In this document: positions 17,337-27,328 of the stretch, in pieces
Layout of the letters: the number at the start of each line of letters is the position of its first letter
Position numbering within the stretch: position 1 is the stretch's first letter
Notes under the pieces: generated by a model
What the model was told of the DNA's origin: nothing
Database searches by the model: none
Seen by the model: the letters and a program-made list of their open reading frames with translations, nothing else
Position numbers and translations under genes: made by a program
From: a bacterium
GTDB lineage: Bacteria; Hinthialibacterota; Hinthialibacteria; Hinthialibacterales; Hinthialibacteraceae
DNA: 43,538 nt
Direction of reading: 5' to 3'
Assembly (NCBI GenBank): GCA_041946805.1
Contig: JBHGBC010000036.1
Span: forward strand, 1-43,538

Positions 17337-18260
17337 TCACGAGTTGCGTTTGATGAAGAAATCGTATATGCGAATGATCGCCGGACCGGCGATGACCACG
17401 AAAATCGCCGGGAAAATGAACAAAACCAGGGGGAATATGAGCTTCACCGTGGTCTTCGCCGCCAGTTCCTCCGCCCGCTGCCGCCGCCGCGTGCGCATGT
17501 CGTCGGCGTGCACGCGGAGCGCCTGCGCCAGGCTGGTCCCGAACCGGTCCGCCTGGATCAGCACCGCGACGAAGGATTTCAAATCGGCCACTCCGGTGCG
17601 TTCGCCCAGGTCGTGCAGGGCGGTCTCCCGGCTTTGCCCGAGCCGGATGGAGGCGGCGGTCATCTGCAGCTCCTGGCTGAGTTCCTGGCTGCCGAGGTGG
17701 ATTTCCCCGCTGACTTTCTGCAGGGCGGCGTCCAGCCCCAGGCCGGCCTCCACGCAGACCACCAACAGGTCCAGCATGTCGGGCAGGCCCAGGAAGATGT
17801 TTTCCTGCCGCTTCTGCTTGACGAAGAACAAAAAGATATCGGGGAAGAGAAATCCGAAACCGGCCGCGAAGAGGATGCTGTACATACCCTCCATGGGCGG
17901 CGCTTGTTTGACCGTGTAGACCAGCACGATCAGGCTGGGCAGCATGGCCGTCAGCAGGATTTTGATCCCCCAATAGGTGTAGAAGGCCGTGTCGCTGTAA
18001 TAGCCCGAGCGGGCCAGCCATTTTTTGCTCATGGACCGCCGTTCCTGCTCGGTGGGGGCCACTTGCTTGCCCAGTGAAGCCACCAGGTTGCCCTTCTTGG
18101 GCGTGGCCAGGAACGTCTGCGTCTCCCGGCGTTTCGCGGCGGGTTTCATGTCCAGGATGCGTCTGTCCATCGGATGCTTGACCGCCCCGGAAATCACCGC
18201 CAGCGATACGATCAGGAAAAAAGCCGACAAGAAGCTGAATACATCGATCCACACATTCAT
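17337..18260 (-). CDS. tadC: Tad pilus platform protein TadC (T2SS F family)
   Basis: LPDMLDLLVVCVEAGLGLDAAL, IQADRFGTSLAQAL, RRQRAEELAAK..KLIFPL; start reassigned to ATG 18260. Confidence 0.95.
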   Translation of the reverse strand: MNVWIDVFSFLSAFFLIVSLAVISGAVKHPMDRRILDMKPAAKRRETQTFLATPKKGNLVASLGKQVAPTEQERRSMSKKWLARSGYYSDTAFYTYWGIKILLTAMLPSLIVLVYTVKQAPPMEGMYSILFAAGFGFLFPDIFLFFVKQKRQENIFLGLPDMLDLLVVCVEAGLGLDAALQKVSGEIHLGSQELSQELQMTAASIRLGQSRETALHDLGERTGVADLKSFVAVLIQADRFGTSLAQALRVHADDMRTRRRQRAEELAAKTTVKLIFPLVLFIFPAIFVVIAGPAIIRIYDFFIKRNS

Positions 18261-18262
18261 GA

Positions 18263-19240
18263 TCACACCTTGATATTCACGATTTTTCGAATGACCAACA
18301 TCCCCATGATCTGGAAGAAAACCGCCGTGTAAATCAATTTGATCCCGATATCCGTGTTCGTCAGGGTTCCGATGTACCCGGGATTGATCAGCGACAGCGA
18401 GAAGAAGATGAAAATGGGCAGGATGCACAGGATCCACCCCGAGAGGCGGCCTTCGGCGGTAAGGGCCCGCACCTGGCCCAGGACGCGGAAGCGGTCGCGG
18501 ATCACCCGGGACAGGTTGTCGAGCACCTCGCCCAAATCGCCCCCGATCTGCCGGTGGATGATGATGGCGATGACGAAAAACTTCAAATCCATCAGGGGGA
18601 TGCGCCGCGTCATGCTCAACAGGGAATCCTCGATTGTCATCCCCACCTGCTGTTCCTGGCACACCCGTCCGAATTCCGTGCTGATGGGATCGGGCATCTC
18701 CTGATTGACCATCTGCAACCCCGCCAGGAACGGATGGCCGGCCCGCAGGGAACGCGCGATGATCTCCAGCGACTGGGACAACTGGGTTTCGAATTCGTGG
18801 ATGCGGATTTTCTTCTTGCGCTGCACGAAGAGATAGGGGAGCAGCACCAACACGGCGGCGCCGATGGCGGCCTGGGGGATTTTCCCCGTGAGAAACCAGA
18901 CCAGGAATCCGCCGCCTCCGGCCACTCCCGCCGCCGTTAGCATCCAGATCCCCAGGTTGCAGGTCATCCCCGCCTGCTCGAACAGCAGCGGCAGATTGAC
19001 CGCGGCGGGCAGATTGTGGAAGAACGCATAGCGCTTCCAGTCGTTGGGCTTCCGGAACGTGACGCGCCGTTCGCTCCCGGGGTTCTGGAACGCCTTGGGG
19101 AGGGTGTCGAAACGCTTCTCGACCGTGGCGCCCGGGACCAGCACGTACCGCAACAGGAACAAGAAGCTGAACACGCACACCGCGGTGCTCAGAAAGAAAA
19201 TCGCCATGCTCGGATTGAGGTCGGTGAGTGCGAACGTCAT
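18263..19240 (-). CDS. tadB: Tad pilus platform protein TadB (T2SS F family)
   Basis: [40 protein letters not shown]. Confidence 0.95.
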   Translation of the reverse strand: MTFALTDLNPSMAIFFLSTAVCVFSFLFLLRYVLVPGATVEKRFDTLPKAFQNPGSERRVTFRKPNDWKRYAFFHNLPAAVNLPLLFEQAGMTCNLGIWMLTAAGVAGGGGFLVWFLTGKIPQAAIGAAVLVLLPYLFVQRKKKIRIHEFETQLSQSLEIIARSLRAGHPFLAGLQMVNQEMPDPISTEFGRVCQEQQVGMTIEDSLLSMTRRIPLMDLKFFVIAIIIHRQIGGDLGEVLDNLSRVIRDRFRVLGQVRALTAEGRLSGWILCILPIFIFFSLSLINPGYIGTLTNTDIGIKLIYTAVFFQIMGMLVIRKIVNIKV

Positions 19241-20586
19241 GATTTGGCTCCTGCCGGCAGGATTTCGCCCGGCTCGAACAAGTCGGGGGAGAGATCGATG
19301 CCCGCGGCCTCGATCCGGTCCATCCCCTGCGGGCGGACGCCGGTCGCGATGTACTTGCCGATGACGTTGCCTTCCCGGTCCACGGTCATCTGCTGGAACT
19401 TGAAAATTTCCTGCATGGTGATCACGTCGCCTTCCATCCCGGTCACCTCGGAGATGCTGGTGACCCGCCGCCGGCCGTCGATCAGCCGGGAGGTCTGGAT
19501 GACGAGGTCGATGGCCGATCCGATCTGCTGCCGGATGACCTTCACGGGGAGATCGAAGCCCGCCATCGACACCATGGTCTCCACGCGGCTGAGGGAGTCG
19601 CGGGGCGAATTGGCGTGGATCGTGGTGAGCGAGCCCTCGTGGCCCGTGTTCATGGCCTGGAGCATGTCCAGCGCCTCGCCGCCGCGCACCTCGCCCACGA
19701 TGATCCGGTCGGGCCGCATGCGCAGGGCGTTGAAGAGCAGGTCGCGCTGGGTGATCAGGCCCTGGCCCTCGATGTTGGGCGGCCGCGTCTCCAGCCGTAC
19801 GACGTGGGGCTGCTGCATGATCAACTCGGCCGAATCCTCGATGGTGATGATCCGTTCGCTGGGCGGGATGAACGAGGAGAGGATGTTGAGCAGCGTCGTT
19901 TTCCCCGAACCGGTTCCGCCCGAGATCAGGATGTTGAGCTTGGCCTGCACGGCGGCGCGCAAGAGCTCCACGAAGTCGGGGATGATCGACTCGTACTCCA
20001 GGAGGTCCTCCAGCGTCAGCGGGTTGATCCCGAAGCGGCGGATGGAGAGGCAGGGGCCGTTGAGCGACAGGGGGGGAATGATGGCGTTGACGCGCGAGCC
20101 GTCCGGCAGGCGGGCGTCGACCATGGGCGATTTCTCGTCCACCCGGCGGCCCACCCGCGAAACGATGCGGTCGATGATCTGCAGAAGATGGCGGTTGTCG
20201 CGGAACTGGGCGCTGACTTTTTCCAGCTTCCCGTGCTTCTCGATGTAGACATCCTTGAAGTTGTTGACCAGGATGTCGGAGATGTCGGTGTCCTTCAGCA
20301 GCGGCTCCAGGGGGCCCAGCCCGAAGACCTCGTCCAGCACCTCCTCGATCAGGATCAAGCGTTCGCTGCCGTTGAGGGGGACGGTCTGCGAGGCGATCAG
20401 CTCGCTCACCGCCGGCCGGACCTCTTTCTTCACCAGGGGGATGTTCTCCTCGGTGATCTCGCCCAGGTTGAGGATCTCGATCAACTGCCGGTGGACATCG
20501 GCTTTCACTTTCTGGTACAGCTCGTGCTGCTCCGCCGTCCGCTGGTTGCCGTTATTGGGTTTCAAGTAGATCGGTGATGTGGTCAT
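19237..20586 (-). CDS. cpaF: Tad pilus assembly ATPase CpaF/TadA
   Basis: [55 protein letters not shown]. Confidence 0.97.
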   Translation of the reverse strand: MTTSPIYLKPNNGNQRTAEQHELYQKVKADVHRQLIEILNLGEITEENIPLVKKEVRPAVSELIASQTVPLNGSERLILIEEVLDEVFGLGPLEPLLKDTDISDILVNNFKDVYIEKHGKLEKVSAQFRDNRHLLQIIDRIVSRVGRRVDEKSPMVDARLPDGSRVNAIIPPLSLNGPCLSIRRFGINPLTLEDLLEYESIIPDFVELLRAAVQAKLNILISGGTGSGKTTLLNILSSFIPPSERIITIEDSAELIMQQPHVVRLETRPPNIEGQGLITQRDLLFNALRMRPDRIIVGEVRGGEALDMLQAMNTGHEGSLTTIHANSPRDSLSRVETMVSMAGFDLPVKVIRQQIGSAIDLVIQTSRLIDGRRRVTSISEVTGMEGDVITMQEIFKFQQMTVDREGNVIGKYIATGVRPQGMDRIEAAGIDLSPDLFEPGEILPAGAKS

Positions 20587-20596
20587 CGCGCCTCAC

Positions 20597-21835
20597 TCAA
20601 ATCGATTCCCGCAACGTCTCGGGAAAAATGGTCTTCTCCATCAAGGGTTTCAGCTCCAGCTGCTCCTTGGGAGGGGTATGGGGCGTCCCCCGGTTTTGTT
20701 CGTGAATCATTTGGGCCAGGCCGGCGATGTCCTGGTTCGCCTTGCCCCGCCGCGAGACTTCCTGCAGGGGAAATCCCCGGTTCATGGCCGTGAGCACGTT
20801 GGCCTCATCGTGCCGGATGGAGTACAGGTCCCGCACCTCGAGGGCCTTGGCGATGCGCCCCAGGGTGACCTCGCTGCGCCGGGCGTAGGCGTTCACGGTG
20901 ACGAAGATGCTCTGTTTTTCGAAGCCCGTGTTCCGGAGAAACCGCAGCTTGCGCACCGCCAGATAGATGGAAGGCATGTTCTGCGTCAGGATCAGCAGGA
21001 TCTTGTCCACGTAGGGGAGGATCTTGCCGGCCATCGATTCTTCATGGCCGATATCCAAAACCACGTACTTATACTTCGCTTGCAGGATCTTGAGCAGTTT
21101 GACCGTTTCCTCGTCCTTCAACTCCACCATGGGGGTGCGGATGGGCTGCACCAGGACCGACAGGCCGTTGGGGCGCTTGAGCGTGATGTTGTCGATCAGC
21201 GTTTCGTCGAGCCGGTCGGCCATCTGGCCGACGTCCTCCAGCGTGTAGGCGGGCTGCAGGTTGAAATACACCGACAGGTCCCCCTGCGCGAAATGAAAAT
21301 CGACCAGGATCGTGGGCTGCTTCTCCTGCAGGGCGTTGGCCAGGTTGCAGGCCACCGTGGTGGCGCCGTTGCCGCCCCGGCTGCCCCACACGGCGACGAC
21401 CTTGCCATGCGGCCGCTGGTCCTGAGAGAGTTTGCGCAATTGGGCCTTGAACCGCTCGATGACCTTGTTGACTTCCGCCGCCTGCATCGGCTTGACCAAA
21501 AACTCGTCGGCCCCCGCGCGGAAGCAATCCAGAATTTTGTAGGCGTCGGTCTGCGCGCTGAGGGCCACGATCTTCAGGCCGCCGTGCCGCTCGCGGATCC
21601 GCTCGATCATCTCCAGCGCCAGCGGGCCTTCGCTTTCCATGGATATGAACACGAAATCCGGGGTGTGCTTGTCGATGAGCGCCGGCGCCAACGTGAGTTG
21701 ACCCGTCTCGCCCACGATCTCGACCTGGTTCGTCAGCAGAAGAACATTCCGGGACGCTTTCAGGTCGTCCGGATCACGGTCGATCACCATCGTCCGGAGT
21801 TTGCCGCGTTCTTCCAAAGGCTTGTTCATGTTCAT
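20597..21835 (-). CDS. cpaE: CpaE/TadZ (atypical receiver + MinD/ParA-like domain)
   Basis: Receiver-like N-terminus (RAGADEFLVKP; Ser at the expected Asp position in DFVFISME) and deviant Walker A GSRGGNGATT; start reassigned to ATG 21835. Confidence 0.9.
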   Translation of the reverse strand: MNMNKPLEERGKLRTMVIDRDPDDLKASRNVLLLTNQVEIVGETGQLTLAPALIDKHTPDFVFISMESEGPLALEMIERIRERHGGLKIVALSAQTDAYKILDCFRAGADEFLVKPMQAAEVNKVIERFKAQLRKLSQDQRPHGKVVAVWGSRGGNGATTVACNLANALQEKQPTILVDFHFAQGDLSVYFNLQPAYTLEDVGQMADRLDETLIDNITLKRPNGLSVLVQPIRTPMVELKDEETVKLLKILQAKYKYVVLDIGHEESMAGKILPYVDKILLILTQNMPSIYLAVRKLRFLRNTGFEKQSIFVTVNAYARRSEVTLGRIAKALEVRDLYSIRHDEANVLTAMNRGFPLQEVSRRGKANQDIAGLAQMIHEQNRGTPHTPPKEQLELKPLMEKTIFPETLRESI

Positions 21836-21858
21836 ACCATCCCTGCCGTTCCCGTTTC

Positions 21859-23025
21859 CTACCGGGTCAATCCCACCATGAAGAGGGTTCCCGACACCGG
21901 CGCGTCCGGATCGAAAACGCCGGTGCCCGTCGAGTTGCCCGTATCGCCGTTGGGCTGCACCTTGACCCACTTGGGATTGCCCGTCATATGCACTTCCAGA
22001 ATGACCACGCGCTCGAAGCCGACAATCTTGAAGATCGCGTTGTTTCCCGGATTCTGAACTTCACTGTGCAGCAGAATAGTCCGCGTGTGCCCGATGATTT
22101 GCTCCAGCGCGTTCTTGATCGCGTTGCTGAGCCCCGTGTCTCCCTCCAGCAGGATATACCGCTGGTGAGTGATTGGGTCTTCCTCGGATAGAATCAGGCG
22201 TCCCTCGCCGTCCAATTCCCCGTCGATGGCGTCCAAGTCGTCCTTGCTGATGCCGTACAGGATTTGCCGCACCAAATCGTTCGTCGAGTTGCCGCCCGGA
22301 CCGATGTCCACCGTCCCGAAGTTCCCCGGCGGATTGTTTCCCCCCTGATTGTGCGGGTAGGGATACATCTTGATTTCGGGCACGGTGTCGGCGCCGCTGG
22401 CAACCGTCCCGTGGTCATGGTCTGTCAGAGTGAAGATGAACGTGTCCTCGCCGTTCCCGTTGACGATCCTGTCGTTCCATTCATCGATGAGAATGGAGAA
22501 CGGCATCAGGCTCACGGTCTGCTCCCCCCCGCCTTCCGGCGCGTCGAAGCCGATGATCCGCCGTTCCAGCACCGCCCGCGCCCGGGTGGCGATGTTGACC
22601 GAATCCAGCCCGGTGAAGGCCCCTAAAAACAGGTCCAGCGGCCCGTTGACCGTGGACGAGCGCCGGGTGGTCACCTCCACCGAATTGGGATCGTGGCCGG
22701 ACTCGGTCTCGATCTCGCCGTGGAGGTCGATGGGATTCTCCATCCAGCCCACGGTCACGTCCTCGGAGGGCACATCCAGGTTCACCTTGGCCGCCTGGTT
22801 GTATTCGGCGTATTCCTGCGCCCGGCCCACCGGATCGGGATCGGCATCGGCCAGGCCGGAGGCTCCCGCCAGGGCCGCCGAATCGGCGGCGTGCTGCAGC
22901 TCCGCCTTGGTGGCGTGCATGTAACCGATGTCAATGGCGATGGCCAGCAGGATGAAGAACAGGGACATGCAAACCGCCGCCATCACGAGCACGGCGCCTT
23001 GGTTCCGTTCGGTTTTGGATCTCAT
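21859..23025 (-). CDS. TadG-like protein, copy 1
   Basis: Pseudopilin N-terminus QG/AVLVM..AIDIG..ELQHAADSAALAGA; PGNFGTVDIG motif; acidic C-terminal domain. Confidence 0.85.
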   Translation of the reverse strand: MRSKTERNQGAVLVMAAVCMSLFFILLAIAIDIGYMHATKAELQHAADSAALAGASGLADADPDPVGRAQEYAEYNQAAKVNLDVPSEDVTVGWMENPIDLHGEIETESGHDPNSVEVTTRRSSTVNGPLDLFLGAFTGLDSVNIATRARAVLERRIIGFDAPEGGGEQTVSLMPFSILIDEWNDRIVNGNGEDTFIFTLTDHDHGTVASGADTVPEIKMYPYPHNQGGNNPPGNFGTVDIGPGGNSTNDLVRQILYGISKDDLDAIDGELDGEGRLILSEEDPITHQRYILLEGDTGLSNAIKNALEQIIGHTRTILLHSEVQNPGNNAIFKIVGFERVVILEVHMTGNPKWVKVQPNGDTGNSTGTGVFDPDAPVSGTLFMVGLTR

Positions 23026-23113
23026 GGGCTTTTCACTCTCTCCTTAGTGAAAGGTAAAAAACTCGGTCTCGTCCTGGCCCTCGCCATTCTCCCGGCTTGC
23101 CATTTGTCAGGTA

Positions 23114-24361
23114 TCAGCGCGTCAAGGAGTAAACCCAGACAGAACCGGAATGCGGGGCGTCAGAAGCAAATTTCGCACCCTCTACAGCCACATTGGCATA
23201 TTGAACAATGATGCACTTTTTGCTGAGTGCTGTATTCCAAACAATATCCATGATTCGCACGCCGGCCCATCCTACAATTGTATAATCCAAGTTACCTCCT
23301 GGTTCTTCATTCCGTGTAGAATATAATAAAATGATTCTTGTTTCACCTATGATATCTTCAAATGCTTGTTGGGAGGAACCAACTCCGGTATCCCCATTAA
23401 CAGTCAATGTTAAGTTTGTGCCATTGGTTACAGATCCATCATCGTGTAATATCAATCCACCATATAAAGAATTGATGTATGGCCAATCCAACTCCGGATC
23501 TAGACCTTCTATGATTTGTCGGTTGATATCATTTTGTGAGTTATTTAACGCTCCAAGATCTACAGAGCCAAAATTGCCAGGAATCCATTCCTCTTCGGTG
23601 CAAACCGTATCACTGTAAGGATATAGTTTAACTTCTGGTAGTCCATCTCCACTTCCAGTCCCGGATACTTTTGCAACTTCCTTTGTAACCTCGTTATAGA
23701 TATAATTGTCCTCATCGGATGCATCTGCACAGATGTCTGTTCTTACAATGTCTTGAGGAAGGCCGATCGTACTATCAATAGCCTCATACCATGAACCAGC
23801 ATACATCGCGAAGGGCAATATCCCTGATTTTTCTCCACTATCCGGCGCATCGAAGCCAATCACCCGGTCATCCACCGTGGCGGTGGCCTGGGTATGGATG
23901 GAGACTTCATCCAGCCCCGTGAAGGGGCCTAAAAAAAGCTTTAATGGCACGGGACCCACCGTTGTATTGCTTTGCAGCGTCGTTCGCACTTGCACGGAGT
24001 TTGGATCGGTGATTGTGGGCGTAATGGGTTCGCTGAGATCCAATGGATTATCGATATAGCCAACCACGACATCATTCTCCGGATCGGCGTATTGCGATTC
24101 CGCGTAGGCTGCCTTATTGTCCGCGGCGAAATCGACGGACAGGTCTCGTGCGTTGCTATCAACATCTTCAGGAGGCAAATCCTTGATCAGTTCCAACGCG
24201 CCGGCCAGGGCCGCCGAATCCGCGCCGTGCTGCAATTCCGCCTTGGTGGAGTGCATCCAGCCGATATCGATCGCCACCGCCAACAGGATGAAGAACAACG
24301 ACATGCATACGGCTACCATGACCAACACCGCGCCGCGTTCCACTTCGATTCTCGTTCTCAT
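23114..24361 (-). CDS. TadG-like protein, copy 2 (AT-rich 3' half)
   Basis: RG/AVLVM..AIDIG..ELQHGADSAALAGA; PGNFGSVDLG; paralogous to copy 1. Start at 24361 (alternative 24391). Confidence 0.85.
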   Translation of the reverse strand: MRTRIEVERGAVLVMVAVCMSLFFILLAVAIDIGWMHSTKAELQHGADSAALAGALELIKDLPPEDVDSNARDLSVDFAADNKAAYAESQYADPENDVVVGYIDNPLDLSEPITPTITDPNSVQVRTTLQSNTTVGPVPLKLFLGPFTGLDEVSIHTQATATVDDRVIGFDAPDSGEKSGILPFAMYAGSWYEAIDSTIGLPQDIVRTDICADASDEDNYIYNEVTKEVAKVSGTGSGDGLPEVKLYPYSDTVCTEEEWIPGNFGSVDLGALNNSQNDINRQIIEGLDPELDWPYINSLYGGLILHDDGSVTNGTNLTLTVNGDTGVGSSQQAFEDIIGETRIILLYSTRNEEPGGNLDYTIVGWAGVRIMDIVWNTALSKKCIIVQYANVAVEGAKFASDAPHSGSVWVYSLTR

Positions 24362-24396
24362 CGCCCGCCCTCTCTTCCGCGTTCCACGCATCCGCT

Positions 24397-25818
24397 TCAG
24401 CGGTAGAATATGTTCTTGCCCGTGAACTTGTTTTTCCTTTCCGTCTTGATGGTCTGCTCCGTCTGCTCTTCCGTGCTGATTTCCTTCACGGCCTTCTCCC
24501 CGCCCCCGGTGGACATGGTCTGCCGGAAATCAAACAAACTCTCGATGGACGGCAGGTTTTGGGGAATCAGATCCGTTTCGTTCGAGTCCAGAGGCGCGAC
24601 GATCTGCGGCGTGACCATGATCAGCAGCTCGGTCTCCTTCGCCGTCTTCTCGCTGCCCCGGAACAGATTGCCGAACATGGGGATGTCGCCCAGCATCGGC
24701 ACCTTGCGGTTGGTGTCCTGGCGCGACCGGCTCATCAGCCCGGCGATGGCGAAGGTCTGCCCGTCCCGCAGCTTGACCACCGTGTGCGCGCGCCGCATCA
24801 CCAGCGCCGGGATCGTGTACCCGCTGAAGGAAACGCCGTTGGCGAAATCCAGGTCGCTCACTTCCGGCGAAATGTCCAGGTGGATCATCCCCACCGACAC
24901 GATGGTCGGCGTGAAGTTCAACTTCACCCCGTATTCCTTGTATTCCACCGTCACCGAATTCGACAGCCCCCCGCCCTGCACCACCGGGATGGGATACTCG
25001 CCCCCGGCCAGGAAGGTCGCCGTCTCGCCGCTGCGCGAGATCAGGTTCGGCTCCGCCAGGATTTGCATCAGCCCCTTGGTCTTCAGCGCCTGGATGAATC
25101 CGAACACGTCATCGTTCGGCAGGCCGAAGAACAGCGATACCGCGTCCGTCAGTTCCACGTCCGGGAAGCCGGTTCCGAACGTCCCCGTGGTCAGGTTGTT
25201 GGGTATGCTTCCCCCGAACCCGTCCTGGTTCGTGATCAAAAAGTCGAATCCCAGCGCCTCGCGGAAATTCTTGGCGACTTCGGCGACCTTCACTTTCAGC
25301 ATCACTTGCTGCTGGCCGGGGATGCTCAGCAGGTTGACCACCTTCGGGGCGTAGGATGTGGCGATCTCCAACGCCTTGTCCTGCGACTCGATATCACGGA
25401 TCTCGCCCTTCAACGCCACCGCGTCCGCCAGCGACACCACCTCGATGGCCTCGTCCGGCAGCATGGTCAACAGCGCCGCCTGGATCGGCTCGATGTTCCA
25501 CTGCACCACCAGGTCGATGGCCCGGTGCGCGCCGCCCTCCGTCCAGATGATCATCCCCGTCTCGCCCACCGTCTTCGCGTTGACCAGGATCTGGTTGGGA
25601 TCGATGATCTGCACGTCGGCGATCTCCGGATTCACCACCGACACCCGTTCCGCCGCTTTCTCCAGCAGGATCAGGTGCGACTTGTTCACCACGATGTTCA
25701 ACTTCTCGTTCTTGGGGAGGAGCGTCTCCAATGTCTGCTCGCTCCGGGCTTCCACCGCCGTCATGCCCATCACTACGGCGGCCATTCCGGCCATCCACAG
25801 CACCGCTGCCTTGTTCAT
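24397..25818 (-). CDS. cpaC: Tad secretin CpaC/RcpA
   Basis: Signal peptide; VVNPEIADV; QQVMLKVKVAEV; LAEPNL..SGETATFLAGGEYPIP; KVPMLGDIP..GNLFR; ETELLIMVTP. Confidence 0.96.
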   Translation of the reverse strand: MNKAAVLWMAGMAAVVMGMTAVEARSEQTLETLLPKNEKLNIVVNKSHLILLEKAAERVSVVNPEIADVQIIDPNQILVNAKTVGETGMIIWTEGGAHRAIDLVVQWNIEPIQAALLTMLPDEAIEVVSLADAVALKGEIRDIESQDKALEIATSYAPKVVNLLSIPGQQQVMLKVKVAEVAKNFREALGFDFLITNQDGFGGSIPNNLTTGTFGTGFPDVELTDAVSLFFGLPNDDVFGFIQALKTKGLMQILAEPNLISRSGETATFLAGGEYPIPVVQGGGLSNSVTVEYKEYGVKLNFTPTIVSVGMIHLDISPEVSDLDFANGVSFSGYTIPALVMRRAHTVVKLRDGQTFAIAGLMSRSRQDTNRKVPMLGDIPMFGNLFRGSEKTAKETELLIMVTPQIVAPLDSNETDLIPQNLPSIESLFDFRQTMSTGGGEKAVKEISTEEQTEQTIKTERKNKFTGKNIFYR

Positions 25819-25890
25819 GGTTTTCCCCCATTCATCGTCGTTGAGGATTCTGCTGCCTTGTTGTCCGTTCTTCCTCGAATTCGAGTCCTC

Positions 25891-26224
25891 TCCTCACCAC
25901 AGCCCTCTGACAAATCGAGAGGGAAATAATCGCATTTATGATTTCAAAATCTATCTTGTTTTCTTCATCTATCCTTTTTTAATCTCTTATCTCCCTTTAC
26001 TTCTCCCTTTCCCCCCGGGAGAGGATTGGGGTGAGGGAAGGGCCTTTCGATAACCGTCCACCCCTGCTCCCCATGGTTGGCTTTTTGATCTCGTACTGCT
26101 TTCCCTCACCCTGGCCCTCTCCCAGAGGGAGAAAGGATCTTTATTCATCACTTTATGGTTATTTTTTCATCTCCCCTCTCCCTTTTCTTCTCCCTCTCCC
26201 CCCGGGAGAGGATTGGGGTGAGGG
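25891..26224. repeat. Array of four alternating-orientation BoxC-like repeats between cpaB and cpaC
   Basis: Copies at ~25891-25924 (reverse, degenerate), 26004-26038 (forward), 26101-26133 (reverse) and 26191-26224 (forward); forward copies are preceded by pyrimidine-rich tracts. Confidence 0.8.
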
Positions 26225-26291
26225 GGCAATCCCCGGGAGCAGGCCGGGGCGAAGCGGCCTGTTCCGCCTCGCCCCGCCCCGGTTCGTCTCC

Positions 26292-27155
26292 CTACTCCTG
26301 GAACGTGAATTCCTTGACCGTCGTCCCGCTGATCAATTGCACCACCTTGACCGGCCTCGGCTTGGGCGTGGGTTCGGGCGCCGGGACGGCGGGAGCGGCT
26401 TCCACTACTTCCCGCGGCGGCGACATGTCCTCATTGGCCATGGGGATCAGCTTCTTCAGGGTCGCCCCCATGGTCTCCTCCTCCGTCGCGTCGGCCTGGT
26501 TGCGCAGAACCAGGCGCACGGTCCCCGCGTTGGTGGCCAGGGTCAGCCGCTCCACCTGCTCCAGGGTCACCAGCACCGTCACCGTCGGCACCTTCCGGCT
26601 CTTCTTCACGTCCTCGGGATTGATCTCGATCTGCTCGCCCGTGGCGATGACCTTCACGTTCTGCAGGATCACCTTGCTGATCGTCTCGTTTCTTTCTTCC
26701 GCCCCGCGGACGGTAGTCACCACGTCCACGTAATTCCCCGGACGGACGAATCCCGCCACGCCCGACGTGTCATCCACCTTCAGGGTGATGGCCCGCATCC
26801 CCTTGGGGATCAGCGCCGAGAGCCCCGCCAGGGCGCCTTCGCCTTCCAGGCGGCTGGCCAGCACCACTTCGCCCGGGTAGATGTCACTGTTCGCCACCCG
26901 CCCCTCCAGCTTGTCGAGGGTTTTGAACGAATTCATCGGGACCGACTTGGCCGGCAATTCGGAAACACTCAGGTAATCCTTCAGAATGGCCGTGCCCGCC
27001 GGAATCTTGAACTTCGCGACCACCACCGGGACCGTTTGCGAGGGATTTTGCTGGGTCACCAGGTTGGTTTGCAGGTAATTCCGCACGGCGGCTGTCGCCA
27101 CCGCCCCCGATATGACCGCCACCAGCAATAGGAAGAACGCCGCTCCCTTCGACAT
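26292..27155 (-). CDS. cpaB: Flp pilus assembly protein CpaB/RcpC
   Basis: SAF domain (VVVAKFKIPAG), GMRAITLKVD..SGVAGFVRPGNYVDV, ILQNVKVIA, LVLRN. Confidence 0.95.
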   Translation of the reverse strand: MSKGAAFFLLLVAVISGAVATAAVRNYLQTNLVTQQNPSQTVPVVVAKFKIPAGTAILKDYLSVSELPAKSVPMNSFKTLDKLEGRVANSDIYPGEVVLASRLEGEGALAGLSALIPKGMRAITLKVDDTSGVAGFVRPGNYVDVVTTVRGAEERNETISKVILQNVKVIATGEQIEINPEDVKKSRKVPTVTVLVTLEQVERLTLATNAGTVRLVLRNQADATEEETMGATLKKLIPMANEDMSPPREVVEAAPAVPAPEPTPKPRPVKVVQLISGTTVKEFTFQE

Positions 27156-27228
27156 GATTGCTCTCCTTGAATTGATTTGTTTCTATTTGAAAAAACACCT
27201 GTTGGATTCGATTTTGGTTTTTTTCTTC

Positions 27229-27299
27229 TCCCTCTCCCCCCGGGAGAGGGTTGGGGTGAGGGGAATCCTTTTAAACTAGCCCAGGGTTTTAACCCTGGG
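27229..27299 (+). repeat. BoxC-like repeat followed by a GCCCAGGG-TTTTAA-CCCTGGG hairpin
   Basis: TCCCTCTCCCCCCGGGAGAGGGTTGGGGTGAGGGG, then GCCCAGGGTTTTAACCCTGGG. Confidence 0.8.
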
Positions 27300-27328
27300 G
27301 ACCCTGGGGAAAAAATAGGAAAATCACT

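Noticed and set aside
16714..19178. Apparent long fusions: 512-aa OmpA ORF and 613-aa TadC ORF
   Set aside because: The N-terminal extensions are off-frame readings of the upstream genes; plausible internal starts exist at 17322 and 18260.
20597..21835. CpaE as a pseudogene because of the non-canonical receiver and Walker A
   Set aside because: Degenerate receiver and deviant P-loop are normal for CpaE/TadZ, and the ORF is intact.
21859..24361. Diversity-generating retroelement (TR/VR pair) in the tadG paralogues
   Set aside because: Differences are not adenine-specific, both copies are full genes, and no reverse transcriptase is present.
25891..26224. Possible CRISPR array
   Set aside because: Copies alternate in orientation, are degenerate and unevenly spaced; no cas genes in the window.
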